A DNA stretch of 64,000 nt from the human T2T-CHM13v2.0 reference genome, Homo sapiens, in NCBI RefSeq assembly GCF_009914755.1, contig NC_060941.1. One strand, written 5' to 3'. The translations under genes and the position numbers were made by a program. Position 1 is the stretch's first letter; the number at the start of each line of letters is the position of its first letter. The notes beneath the pieces are model-generated. The model searched no databases, was not told where the DNA came from, and saw only the letters and a list, made by a program, of their open reading frames with translations. Below are positions 1-12,861 of the stretch, one piece after another.

Positions 1-392
1 ACTCCAGTAAAGAACTAAGAACAGTACATGACATGAAGATAACATTTTGTCTTTGACTGCTGTCTTTTGAATGGGCCACAGTGTTTATGTACTCTTAGCA
101 GCTCACAGAATAATACATGTTGACTTTATTTTGTAAAATTGGGTTGAGAGGAAAGTAATGGATTTTCATTGTAACTGTCCTTTATAATTCATGTAAAATG
201 TATTATTTTCCTTTATCCTTGCTTCTTTTCTGATAATTTACAGATTTAGCTTTTCTTTTGTTATATAAACTGCTAGCCACAAATTTTAGTTATGTAAAAG
301 ACTACCCATTACAAGAAAGGACATATTGTTATGTATTTATATTCTGGCATAAGCTAAACTGAATAAAAATACTGGTAACAGGAAAAAAAAAA
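1..392 (+). pseudogene. Probable 3' end (3' UTR plus poly-A) of a processed retrocopy, or a genuine gene 3' UTR end; parent not identified
   Basis: AU-rich UTR-like sequence; AATAAA at 362-367 followed 15 nt later by A10 (383-392); not recognisable as a common repeat. Confidence 0.55.
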
Positions 393-619
393 GATTGAGG
401 TTGTGATGTAAAATAAACACATGTGAATATTAAAATTTTGGACAGTATTTTGCATATAAGCAATACCCTTTACTTCCTGATGGAGATGGAAAAGCTAAAA
501 CCATATTACAGAGCTCCTATTAATAAATGTGGCCTTGGGAGGTACTCATTTAGAATTTCTCAAGACACATGTAGCGGAGATTTTATTCAGCAGCATTCAT
601 TCCAGCATTTACTCCAGCA

Positions 620-1051
620 TTATTCACCAGTTTTCTGGTAACTGGAATCTACCCCTCTCCCATTCTCTGACCCACCCAAGGGTCAGGGGTAGAGTATGTG
701 ACGGGACCCTAAGGCAATCATCACGTCGCATTATCTGGAGCCATAACTATTGAGGGCCTGGTAACATGATCCAAGTCCAGGTAACCAGAGTCACTGACAG
801 TCAAAGGATGCAGACTCTCTCATCCACTGGACTTTCCCCATTGATGTCATTCTGGAATTGTGACAACCATCTTGCTACCACAGAGTAAGAAGTGAACTGA
901 GGGTTTTGGCAATCCAGGGGAAGAATTGAGAAGTGGAGAAAAATAAACTAAGCCCTTTATCAATCTGTACCTAGAGTTAGCCCTGTCTTTGGATTTTTCA
1001 GTTTGGGTTAGATTTTCTGTCACTTGCAACCCAAACGGTCTGAATTGAAAC
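620..1051 (+). mobile_element. Old MaLR LTR (MLT1J/K/L-like)
   Basis: Ends with the MLT1-type terminus ttctgtcacttgcaacccaaa...tgaaaca; internal ccatcttgctacca motif. Confidence 0.6.
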
Positions 1052-1106
1052 AACATAGAATATGCAAAATATTCACTTACATTTATGCGTGTTGCATCTG
1101 TTAGAC

Positions 1107-1329
1107 CAGGGGTCAACAAACTTCAGCCTGCAGACCAAATTTGGGACACTGCTTGTTTTTGTAAATAAAGTTTTACTGGAACACAGCCATGCTCATTTGT
1201 TTACTTATTGTCTGTGATTGCTTTCTCATGACAATGGCAGTATTGAGTAGTCTTGACAGAGACCTTATAGCTCACAAAGCCCTGAAACATTTGTTATCTG
1301 GCCCTTTATAGAAAGTTGGCTGACCCCTG
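1107..1329. mobile_element. MER58A hAT-Charlie MITE
   Basis: Terminal inverted repeats caggggtc...gacccctg; diagnostic gtaaataaagttttactggaacacagccatgctcatt; tagac-containing flanks. Confidence 0.9.
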
Positions 1330-1339
1330 TGACTAGACC

Positions 1340-1460
1340 AAGCTCCACTAGGTAGGGACTGTGTTCATTTTGCTGACTGCTATGGCCTCAGCATTTAGCA
1401 TGGTGCCTGGCATATGGTAGCAACTCAATACAATAAATATTTGCTGATGAATGAACGAAT
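1340..1460 (+). mobile_element. L2 3' end fragment
   Basis: gtgcctggcatatggtag...aataaatatttgctgatgaatgaa tail. Confidence 0.8.
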
Positions 1461-2129
1461 CACACAGAGCTTACAACCTTTGGTGTTAAGTCAGTCTTTG
1501 TCTCAAAATGACAAGGTCTTCGGAATGTCTACAGTAAACTCATCACACATGCTCTCCCTAAAGACAAAGAGAAGATTCTGTCATCTCAGTATTGCAGTTC
1601 TTAATCAGCACAGTGGCTATTAATAAGTAGGCTGGCTTCAAAGCTGAGAAAGTCGGAGGCAAACACCAGGGCCTACGGGGCTGCTGAGATCAAAGAGGAT
1701 CTTAGAGATTCACCCCGAAGGAGGGGAGTTGGTTTCATCATGCTCTTTCCTCCTCTGTGCTTCTCCAGTTTACTCACTATCAGACTTTTTATATATGGTT
1801 GAGATAGTCAATGACTCATGCCTCTTTTCTTCTAAAACCAAATGCCAGCTCCTTTCTTGCTAGAATATATAATTTTGGTCTCATTTCTAATGTTTTTCTT
1901 GTTAATAATAACATTCCTAATATTTTTTCTTTCCTTAGGTTGATATATACTATGAATACTCCATTCTTTTAAAGAAGAGCTGGTACAGGTCCTAAAGCAG
2001 TTTGAGCAGTACAGCAATTCTACAGGCATGGGATGAGAAAGGCTGAATGTGGAAAGTCTGGACAGGTACATGTTGAAGAACGTGAATATTTGGAGGACCA
2101 AGTTTAAACAAGTTGGAAGGAAGCACCTT

Positions 2130-2400
2130 CTCTATGTTGCAAGGTACATCCCTGAAAGCGTTTGGGGAAAACCTGGGGGAGGGATAGGGTGTTTTTCACT
2201 TCTGTTTACAATGTCTGACTTTCCTCTCAGAAAGAGGGTGACTAGGCCTTTTTGGTTGGGGCTGGACTTCCTAAAAAAGGTAGTTTTCATCAACAAAGGA
2301 CCAAAACCCCAACCAAAGGGTAGGTGAGACTCTTGAGGTTTATAACTGACTTTGTTAATAAAAGACCCAAGAAAACCTATAGAATAAGGCTGATACTCAG
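2130..2400 (+). mobile_element. Possible ancient LTR fragment (ERVL/Gypsy-like)
   Basis: General resemblance to old LTRs, with AATAAA near 2357; family not assigned. Confidence 0.3.
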
Positions 2401-2637
2401 TGAGGCTGATGGGGGTTTTGGAGTCTCCCTGATATTTACAATTTATACATAGAAGTAAGGTTGGAGCACTGGACACATAGCAAATGCTTAGTAAATATTG
2501 TTTTAATGAGTAAAAGGCTGAACAAAGTTGTTGTTGAATAGGTAGGTGGCACCTTGAAATTATGGAAGGTAGTAAAGGTTATGTCAACAAATTTAGATTG
2601 AATGTAGTAAAAAATAGAAAAAGCAAAGAAAACCCCA

Positions 2638-2840
2638 CATTATGAACACCTTATATGTGCCAGATACTGTATTAAGCAATTGCTGCATAATCTTTTACAT
2701 ACTGTGATGATTCTATTTAATTCTTACATACAATTTGGAAGACAGACATTATCTACTCACTCCATAGAGAAGGAAACAGGTACACAGTGCGTAACTGCTA
2801 GAACCACGATTGAAACCTGACATCTAAGCCTGTACTGTGC
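2638..2840 (-). mobile_element. MIR
   Basis: caccttatatgtgccagatactgt...tttaattcttac...gaaggaaacagg MIR core. Confidence 0.7.
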
Positions 2841-2859
2841 CCATTTATTACTGGGAGGT

Positions 2860-3550
2860 GGAGAAGGGAATAGGATTGATCTGGAAATATTGTGATGGAA
2901 TCTCAGGAGAGGAGATTCTGGGATTCAGGGGGGCAGCTGGGAGCTGCTGGAGTGATCTAGGAAAGTGAGGAACTCCTAGTCTGATCTGAGGTGATGGCTA
3001 TGGGAAGGTCATAAAATAGAAGCTGATTAATTACCTGTCTCATAGAATAGAAGCAAGAGATGAGTTGTATGAGAATATATGCTTCAGCCATGTGCCTAGA
3101 AGAAGGGTGATGTTCCTGCAGAGACAAGGCAATGGGTACAGTACAGGGAGTTGGTCTGGGTGTAAGCAGGACACAAGGTATGTTTGGGGGTTTGCATTTA
3201 CTTAGTTTGAGGAGCAGAGGAAACATTCATAAGGAAATATGCGAGTAGAGCTCAGGAGAAAAGCAGGACTAGAGGCCCAAGAATCACAGGCCAGAAGAAG
3301 AAGCTGTAGCCTCGGGAATGGAAGAGCTCTCTGAAGGGGAAAGGGGAGAACAGGAATGTCCCAGGAGCCAAGGCTCATCTATAAGGGACTTCCACATTTA
3401 GGATGTAGAAGAAGGAAGCAGAAGCAGGGAATGACCAGAAATGGCCCCAGAGATGAGACGAAAGTTAGGAGAGCGGGGAGCAAGCCTTTAGGTTTCACAA
3501 GGGAAGGAGGGAAAGTAGGTGTTAGGTGCTGCCAAGATCAAGGAAAATAA
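2860..3550 (-). mobile_element. Degenerate L2 body
   Basis: Purine-rich L2-like motifs (gagctcaggagaaaag, ccacatttagg). Confidence 0.55.
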
Positions 3551-3570
3551 GCAGAAGACCAGGCCATTTC

Positions 3571-3660
3571 AGTTGCAGTGAGCCAAGATCACGCCACTGC
3601 ACTCCAGCCTGGGTGACAGAGCGAGACTCTGTCTCAAAAAAAAAAAAAAAAAAAAAAAAA
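3571..3660 (+). mobile_element. Severely 5'-truncated Alu (last ~65 bp plus A-tail)
   Basis: gttgcagtgagccaagatcacgccactgcactccagcctgg...ctc then A-run; degenerate target-site duplication (TSD) aagaccaggccatttc / aatatcagaccatttc. Confidence 0.95.
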
Positions 3661-4324
3661 ATATCAGACCATTTCTATCCCCTGCCTTGAATATCACCAC
3701 CGCATAGGAAATAGAATGGTCTAGATAGCAGATTAATCACGACGGATTTTGGTGATCAACAGTGCTACAGATAAGGGGAGTTTAAGAAGAAATTAATTTG
3801 TTGATAAACATATAGTTTCCTATTTTAAAGCAAAACTTAAAAGATCCACATCTAACCTTCAGTTAAATATCGTTCAAAATATCTGATTTAGACAGAGAGT
3901 TCTGACCTGGTTTGAGGGCATTTTTCAAAAGAGGCAAGCTACGACTGCTCTTTCTTTTCTGCATATTTAAACTCTTGACAATTATAAATAATCTAAACCT
4001 CTCCCTCAAAGTACCAATTATCTCCTTATGTTTGAGAAGGCATGTCTTGCCAGATATGGTATTCTATACAAAACACAAAATAGGAAGACAAAGGCAGCCG
4101 TTGTCCCACCGGTGCACCCCGGATTTACTTAGGCAGCTCGATGAACGCTAATGAGGATTTTGTGCATGAATCTCCCACCTTCCAGCTAAAGGGAACTGAG
4201 ACCCCACAACCTCACAGCAGAACATTTCTTAACACCATTGTAAACACTGACTCCATTCAGGAGTTGTTCACCTTTACACAGCAGAGAGAAAAGAATTTTT
4301 TGTTCAATTAAAACTTAGGGAGTG

Positions 4325-4332
4325 TGACGTCA
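4325..4332. promoter_or_regulatory. Perfect CRE motif TGACGTCA
   Basis: Exact palindromic CREB/ATF consensus in unique sequence; function unverified. Confidence 0.3.
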
Positions 4333-4439
4333 TCAAAATACTTCCTTTAGGCTTTCTGAAAGAAAAAAGCTTATACTTTTTACACGAGAAGTAAAAAGGA
4401 GCTTCAGAAATACATAACTGACATATAATAGGCCAGGAA

Positions 4440-4780
4440 GGGAACAGGAGACATCAGTAACTCCTATGTGGGATAATGGAGGCCATCACAGAGGTGATGA
4501 GATTTGACTGGGACATTGAAGAATGAGTAGGAACTTTCAAGATGGATGAGAGGAAGAAAAAACTGCTAGCTGAGGAAAGGGCAGGAAGCATAGAGGTGAC
4601 TGTGTGTGGCATGCTTAGGGACTGTCACAGGGTAGAGTATGGGTGGAGGTCATGGGGTGGGCAGGGGATAAGTGAGATAGGTGGAGACAAGGTGGTTAGG
4701 ACTTTGAAGCTTATGCCAAGGTACCTGGGCTTTATTCTGAAGACAATGGAAAAACTAACTCAAGGTTTCTGATTGGAGAC
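4440..4780 (-). mobile_element. L2 fragment
   Basis: gaagaatgagtaggaac...gggctttattctgaagacaatgg L2-type motifs. Confidence 0.6.
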
Positions 4781-4798
4781 TAATATACCTTGATTTCT

Positions 4799-5183
4799 CC
4801 TTCCTTCCTTCCTTCCTTCCTTCCTTCTTTCCTTCCCTCCCTCCCTCCTTCCTTCCTCTTTTTTGTTTTCTTTCTTTTTTCTTTTCTTTTTCTCCTTCCT
4901 TCCTTCCTCCCTCCTTCTCTTTTCTCTCTTTCTTTCTTCCTTTCTTTCTCTTTCTTTCTTTTTCTCTCTCGTTCCTTCCTCCCTCCCTCCCTTCCTTCCT
5001 TCCTTCCTCCCTCCCTCCCTTCCTTTCTCCCTCCCACCCTCCCTCCTTCTTTCTTTCTTTCTCTCTCTCTCTTCTCTCTCTCCTTCCTTCCTTCCTTCCT
5101 TCCTTCCTTCCTTCCTTCCTTCCTTCCTTCCTTCCTTCTTCCCTTCTTCCTTTCTTCTCTTTTTTTCTTCTCGTTTCTTTTTC
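4799..5183. repeat. Complex polypyrimidine microsatellite (CTTC/CCCT/TTTC/CT)n
   Basis: About 385 bp, almost entirely C/T on the + strand. Confidence 0.98.
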
Positions 5184-5457
5184 AGACAGGTTCTCACTCT
5201 GTTGCCCAGGTTGGACAGCAGTGATGCAACCACAGCTCACTGCAGCCTCCACCTTCTGGTCTTAGGTGATCCTCCCACCTCAACCTCCCAAGTAGCTGGG
5301 ACTACAGGCGTGTACCACCATGCCTTGCTAATTTTTGTATTTTTTTTTGTAGAAACAAGGTTTTTGCCATGTTGCCCAGCCCAGGCTGGGCAATCTACCT
5401 GCTTGAGGTGAGCTCAAGCAATCCACCCACTTTGGCTTCCCACAGCGCCGCCTGGCC
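5184..5457 (-). mobile_element. AluJ with internal rearrangement
   Basis: AluJ features (cacagctcactgcagcctc, gatcctcccacctca); TSD ataccttgatttct at 4785-4798 and 5458-5471. Confidence 0.95.
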
Positions 5458-5489
5458 ATACCTTGATTTCTGTTACAGGAAGAGAAACC

Positions 5490-5860
5490 TAATGTCACCA
5501 TCCTGCTTCTAGTTTTTTCCTTCTCCAGCTGATTCTCCACACTGTTGCATGTTTCTCTAAAATGCAGATCTGATCATCTCACCCCAACCCCACTCCCATA
5601 TAAAAACACTTCTGTGATTTCTTTCATCTGTAGATTAAAGACAACCTCCTTTGCATGGATCATCTAAGAACCTTCTCATATGGTCTTAGACTAATTTTCC
5701 AGGACCTTGTGCTCCAGTAATGACTTGGCATTTTCCCCAAAAGTCCCATGTCATGTTGTGACTCATGCCTTTGCACATGCTGTTTTGTGCTCCTCTGCGC
5801 CCTTCCTTCCTCTGAACTGGCTAGAGAACCACTCTCCATTCTTACATAGGACCTTCTCCA
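5490..5860 (+). mobile_element. L2 fragment
   Basis: ctaaaatgcagatctgatcat...gcctttgcacatgctgtt. Confidence 0.7.
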
Positions 5861-5944
5861 CCACACCCTCCCACAGCCTTCTAGTCACGGTAACCAACCC
5901 TTCCACTAAAATGCCTTGGTATTATGTTCATCTAACAGTTACTG

Positions 5945-6170
5945 ATTGACACTTAAGGGGTGTTTTCTATGTATTAGGCACCATAGTGTACTCTTTTGCA
6001 TATATTATATTTCATTTAATCTTCTACGAATGCTATATGGTACTTTCATGGCTGTTTACATAAGAAGAAATAGGCTTATCCATAGTCACACAGCTACTTG
6101 GTACCTGAGTCAGGACCTGTACAAGGTCTTCCTTACCCGAGAGCCTCCGCTTGTACTTCATTATCAGATA
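5945..6170 (-). mobile_element. MIR
   Basis: ctatgtattaggcac...atttcatttaatctt...gtcacacagcta. Confidence 0.7.
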
Positions 6171-6547
6171 CTATTATAACTATTGATTTGCACACTGCTT
6201 TCTCCTATTAGACTGTGGGTTCCCTGAGAGTAAGTTCTATGTTGAACCGGAGATCAACGTTATTTCAAAAGTATATAAGATTAAATAATTATTCTTTTGA
6301 AGTTTGAGACCATTACATGGACTGTTTTTGCCAATGTAAAGACATTTTTGCTAACCTATTATGTAGGCTGGAGTTTGCATGAAGCAGATCATATACAACC
6401 ACGTAGACCTGGGCTCACTTCATCGGCATTTCATCTGCTCTAGGTGAGATGGAGAAACGGCAGCCAGTTAGTAGTTCATTTTCCATCTTTCAAGAGAGAT
6501 TGACATCTATATTTTTTTTACACAGCAGATAAACTGGTAATGAATAT

Positions 6548-6804
6548 ATATATGTGTGTGTGTGTGTGTATATATATGTTTATTTATTTATTAAAAAATT
6601 TTTTTTGAGATAGGGTCTCACTCTGTCACCCAGGCTAGAGTGCAGTGACGCAATCATGGCTCACTGCAGCCTCAACTTCATGGGCTCAGGTGATCCTCCC
6701 ACCTCGGCCTCCTGAGTAGCTGGGACCACAGGTGGGCACCACCACGCCTGACTAAGTTCTGTATTTTTTGTAGAGACTGGGTTTTACCATGTTGCCCAGC
6801 CTGG
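6548..6804 (-). mobile_element. 5'-truncated AluJ with (TA)/(TG) microsatellite in its tail
   Basis: Right arm plus part of left arm; TSD tggtaatgaatat at 6535-6547 and 6805-6817. Confidence 0.93.
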
Positions 6805-7853
6805 TGGTAATGAATATTAACTTGGCTTGGTCCACTTAGACATACATGAAAGGACAATTTCTGTTAGAAACACTTACATAAGAATATGAAAAAGATAAGT
6901 ACACTGTTACTGACTTAGATAAAACCAGTGCAACCTTAAGAAACAGTACTGGGAGAGCAATAGTCATGTTAGATTGAGCAAGAGGCTGCATCTTCTAATC
7001 TTTTTTTCATGATTATTTTCACTAGTGTGCTCTTTCAGGAATGTCTCTGTGCATTCTTTATAAAACTGTTGCCCAGATCTTTTTTTAAATCACATCAAAC
7101 CAAAAAAGGTCAAATAAAGAGCAGGAAGATTTTGTTCTTTCCGTTGAAGGCATTTCTTTAATATTAAAAATGTACTGAAATGTAGAAATCATATTCTGAT
7201 GATGTCTGAAAAGAATTCATGGTAAAGAGTAAAAAGACAAAGAAAAAAGCTCTCAACAATCACTGGTGGCTGAGGGCCGCAGTATCCTCATTGGGCCAGC
7301 TTTTTTCTTTACTTCAAATGGCAGAAAAAATTCACGATTTACAATTAGAAAAAAAATCCTAAACGTGTGTGGATATTACGATGAATGCCACTCTTCATGT
7401 TTATTGGCCCACATGGTAAAACACATTATGGTGAAAATTCCAACTTCATCTATAAGTGAAAACAAACAGAAAGGGCATCTTTTCTTATTCAAATAGAGTT
7501 CCAGAGGGTGTGTTTTTGCTTTATTTCCAACCATAAGAGGCTCCTATCTGAAGGATCTTTCTGTGTAGCTTGAGTGCCCAAGTTGGCAACTTAGGTCTCT
7601 ATAACAATTTCATTCCCTCTCTTTATCTTGAACACGTATTTAAAACTGATGTTGGCAGCAGAAAGGCTAAGATTTTAGGGATAAGGGTACTATTTTATCT
7701 TGTATGATGTTAACTTTTTTCATCCAGCTTTGAGAAAATTCTTTTTTTCTCCTTCATTTTGATGAACTGAATTAATCTTGCTTCTTTATGTCCTTAGGAA
7801 GCTTTAAAATACTAAGACAGGTGAAACCAAGTCCCTGTACTAAAGGTGGCTTA

Positions 7854-7907
7854 TGTGATCTTTGTCATATCCAGTAATCTTCTGTGATCTTTGTCATATC
7901 CAGTAAT
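7854..7907. repeat. 25-bp direct duplication
   Basis: tgtgatctttgtcatatccagtaat twice, separated by cttc. Confidence 0.95.
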
Positions 7908-8427
7908 TTTGGAAATAAAAGGGTTGTTGTATTGTAAACTTAGGTTAATATATACTTTAAATGTCCCTTATGGCAAAGTAGATGTTTGATGGAATGAGAA
8001 CTTTCAGGAGACTTGCCTGAGATTTTTTTAGTCTACACATGGTATAGCTCAACTTAGTTTGTGGATCACATATGGCAACCATAAGAAGTCTGAGAGAAAA
8101 AGGGGGGCGGCCAGTAGAAGGTAGGAGCTCCCTATATTTCTTAAACTATTCTGAGCCAATTGGATGGTAGAGACTGGTGGGTAGTTAGGTGAGAAAGTGC
8201 TAGGATGGTGGAGCTGCCTAGGAAACCCAGCCTGCAACCCAGCACAGAACTAGACATCTGCATTTTATGCCAGCTTCCTCCTTTGCCTCCCTGAACAATG
8301 CTGAATGCCTAAGAGTTGACCAGAAGTAGCCTCTGTTCTGTGCAGAACACAAAGGAGGAATCAAACCCTGTCTTCAAGGAAGTAACAGTTTTGGGGGGAA
8401 GCAAAATTAACCTATAAACATAATACA

Positions 8428-9003
<576 letters not shown>

Positions 9004-9407
9004 TTAAGAGAACTTAAAAGTCTGGCAGAGAGATCCAATAAGTGAGTGTGAGGCAGTTGTTTTTCTGAGCAGGGGAATAACATGATGACAATGGTATTTT
9101 AGGAAGATTGCCCAGATGTGACGCAGCTAGGAAGAGACCATTTTGTCCAAATCCAAGGTGATTAAGAGTCAAAGATGTCCATGGGGAGAACGGAGATGAT
9201 GAATACAACTAAAGTGACATTTTGGAGGTAGAAATAACATGACTTGGTGATGAAATAGTTATAAGATGTGACCGATGCAGCAGGTAGAGCCCAAGACAAT
9301 GAATGCCAAGGTTTCCAGCAGTCTTCCTCTCAATCCTGATAACACCATCAAGGACACAGCATCCCCACTGAACTATCTCTGTTACCTTTGGTTTCCTGGT
9401 TTCCACT

Positions 9408-9772
9408 TGTCTTAGTCAGCTCAGGCTGCTATAACAAAACACTGTGGATTGGGTGGCTTAAACAACAAACATTTATTCCTCATAGTTCTAGAGGCTGGGA
9501 AATCCAAGATCAGGGTACCAGCATGGTCTGGTTTAGGTGAGGGCTCTCCTCCTGACTTGCAGATGGCTGCCTCCTTACTGTATCCTCACATGGCAGAGAC
9601 AGTGCAATATTTCTCCTATGTCTCTTTTTGTAAGGGCAATAATCTCACCATGAAGGCCCTACTCTCATGACCTAATTACCTTCCAAAGGCCCCATCTCCG
9701 ATACCATCACACTGGTGCTCAGAGCTTCAATATTTTGGCGGGGTGAGAGGCATTAACATTCAGCCCATAACA
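9408..9772 (-). mobile_element. MLT1A-type solo LTR
   Basis: tgtcttagtcagctcaggctgctataaca ... aacattcagcccataaca; 5-bp TSD ccact/ccacc. Confidence 0.9.
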
Positions 9773-10129
9773 CCACCTCAATTTTAATGCCTTTTATTTC
9801 CACACCAGAGATTTTTTTCACCCCCACTTTGCTGTGTCACTGGCCTCCTTTCCATTGGCAAGCCTAGCCCTACACCAAACTGCTGAGACAATGCAGGTCA
9901 GGACAGGAGGTACATTAAGAGCCTCAGTCCATCAGCTGCAGACAACTGAATTCTTCTTGCTATTGCAGACCCAGTATCAGGGGCCTCAAGGCCAACTCAA
10001 GGGTGTGCTTCATTAACCCAGGTCATATGCATGGGTTTCTGCCATTCCCTCCTGCCTACTGCTCTAGGTCTCTGCTAGAATTAGAGCACAGGGCAGATGA
10101 AAGACAAGCCTAGGATACTGCGCGAGGTT

Positions 10130-10400
10130 CTGTGGAACAGAACTTTCTCTTTTCTTCTGATATGAGCCTGGAAACATAGGCTCAGGAACTGATAGCAGGT
10201 ATCTTGCAACCATGAAAAGGACAATTTGTGGAGAATGGAGCCAACAATAAGGGAACAGAGTTAAAAAATGGAGAGAGAATAATTGGCTTTTGGTCACATA
10301 ATTTGAGCTATTGGATTAAGCCTCCCCTGAAGCCAATGCTACTTCTCAGTTGACATGAAGCAACATATTCTTCTTATTGGTTAAGCCATTTGTTCTTCAA
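10130..10400 (+). mobile_element. Old MLT1-type LTR fragment
   Basis: atcttgcaaccatga...ggattaagcctcccctgaagcc...ttaagcca. Confidence 0.55.
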
Positions 10401-12173
10401 CCAATTATTTCTAATAAATTATTTGACTGGGGCTGAGATTCCCTGCCAAGGACCTAGACTTTGTACCCTATGAGCTGGCCCCAGCAGTCCCCCAGCAAGG
10501 TAGTAAGGGCCACTCGATTTAAACTCTGCCACACCCTACTGGCTGGACTGGATTGCTTTGGGTACTGACACCTGCCCCAGCTCCCAAACCAACTTCCACA
10601 TCTCCAAATACCTTGCCTACCTCACTGTTCATCTGCATTTCAACTCTGATCACTCAAAACTTGCCTACTTTCTGAATTAATGAGTTAGTTTCCTTGTGTA
10701 GTCTCTTGGTGACTTAACCTACAATTTATACACAAAATCATATGTTGCCAGGTTTTTTGGGCCAAATCCGAACTCTGGGAGCTCCCTGACACCTGCATGC
10801 TTTATCCCCAGGCTACCGCCTGTTGCTACAGAAAGTAAACAACAATAATAAAACACACACATGCTGTTTCAACAGGGTCATCTAGAAATTCATGCTATTT
10901 AACCTCAATGGACCTTCTCCATTGCTGGTCAACCTTTAACTGCTCTCTGTTTTACATAGTGTAGGGGCCTTTTTCATACAATGTCTACCTCATGGGACAC
11001 CCACATACTTAGTAGCCAACATTACTGACGATCTGCTGATGACTGACCCTGGTGTAATCTAGGGTTCATTGGTCCCTTGTGCTGGGTGAAGCCTTTGGTA
11101 ATACTTAGGGAGCACCAGAGAAAATAACTTTACACAAAGACAAAAAGTTTAGTTATTTGCTGTATGTCTTAATTGATGCAAGCCATCAAAGTAGGAATTG
11201 CAGAGAACAAGGTATAAATCAATAAAATAAGTAAATGGAAGTGATTGAAGGACAGAGCCACTTTAAAGCAAGTGTCGCTCAATTTCCTGAAAACATAACG
11301 AAATTGCTTTGCAAAAGAAATCATAATGGTTTGCTTTTAATTTTTCCTAAAGAGCACTAATAACAAATAATGGAAAGTTCAATTGATAATTAAAGAAAAA
11401 AAAAACACTTCACTTTTGAGCATTCATGAGGCAGTATTCTTTTCAAATTATTATACTCTGGCAAGGCATACTCAAGGTACTTGGTTCCTTTGTACTCTTT
11501 CCCTCTGTATTTCAGGTTTTATATGAATGAAACACAATGAGTAATTCCTTCTCTTTGGATCCTTCAGGATATTATTTAAACACTGGCATCTGGTCTAAGG
11601 GAAACTTAATGCTAAGTCAGAGGAGTATTTGAAAAATAGTTTACATCTGGTTTTGTACTACCCATCCCTGGAAGTATGCAGGGAGGGTGGAGGAAATGAG
11701 CACATTGCTGGCTCTCTGGGCTGTGGTGCTGGTGGGGCTGGGTCTTTTGGTGTAATGCATACCACAGCATTCCCTTTTATAAAGTGAGGGATTAGTGCCA
11801 CCTTCTTTGTAGCAATGTCGTGACCTCTATAATGCTTCTTAAATTGAGGACAATGATGGACCCACCAAGCCTTAACACATGATTTAAATCTGATCTGACA
11901 GTACTTAAACCCAGAACTCCAGAGGGCTAATGGTTGAACAAGCTTGGGAGAATGTCCAGGGAACAAAATGTAGAAGCCCGATGAATTACGGAGGAATCAC
12001 AACTCCAGGGCAATGGAGGGGGGAGTAAAATGACATATTCTGAGTTGGTATCTTTTATAGGATTGACTAAAACTGTGGTCCCACTATAATGTGCTAGAAA
12101 GCAAAAAAATATATATTATTTTCACTCGTACATCTATAATTTAAGAAGGATATGAGTTTTAACAACATTTGTA

Positions 12174-12178
<5 letters not shown>

Positions 12179-12205
<27 letters not shown>
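12179..12205. repeat. (CA)n microsatellite
   Basis: Direct observation. Confidence 0.95.
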
Positions 12206-12460
12206 AAACCTATCGAGAGGAATCTCTCATAGAGGCTAAAAATTAGAAGCAATAATATTTTAGGGTGGTCATTAATTTTAGGTACAGGTATATAGTATTT
12301 TAAATTTCTCACATTTAGACAAACTTAGAAACCTGATTAAAATCAGTTTGTGATATTTGTATACTGAGGATAAACGTAACTTGTAGAACCATGAAGAGCA
12401 AAACACTCAATAATGAGTCACAGCAGGACCCATGGAAGCTCACCTAGCAGTGACGTCTGA

Positions 12461-12861
<401 letters not shown>

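Noticed and set aside
4755-5411. Long overlapping ORFs (R/K/E/G-rich or S/F/L/P-rich, 85-182 aa)
   Set aside because: Artefacts of a stop-free polypurine/polypyrimidine microsatellite plus Alu sequence.
6310-6470. Segment with a small-RNA-like look (gcatgaagcagat...)
   Set aside because: No match to a snRNA, snoRNA or tRNA I can recognise; more likely an ancient LINE remnant. A Dfam/Rfam search is needed.
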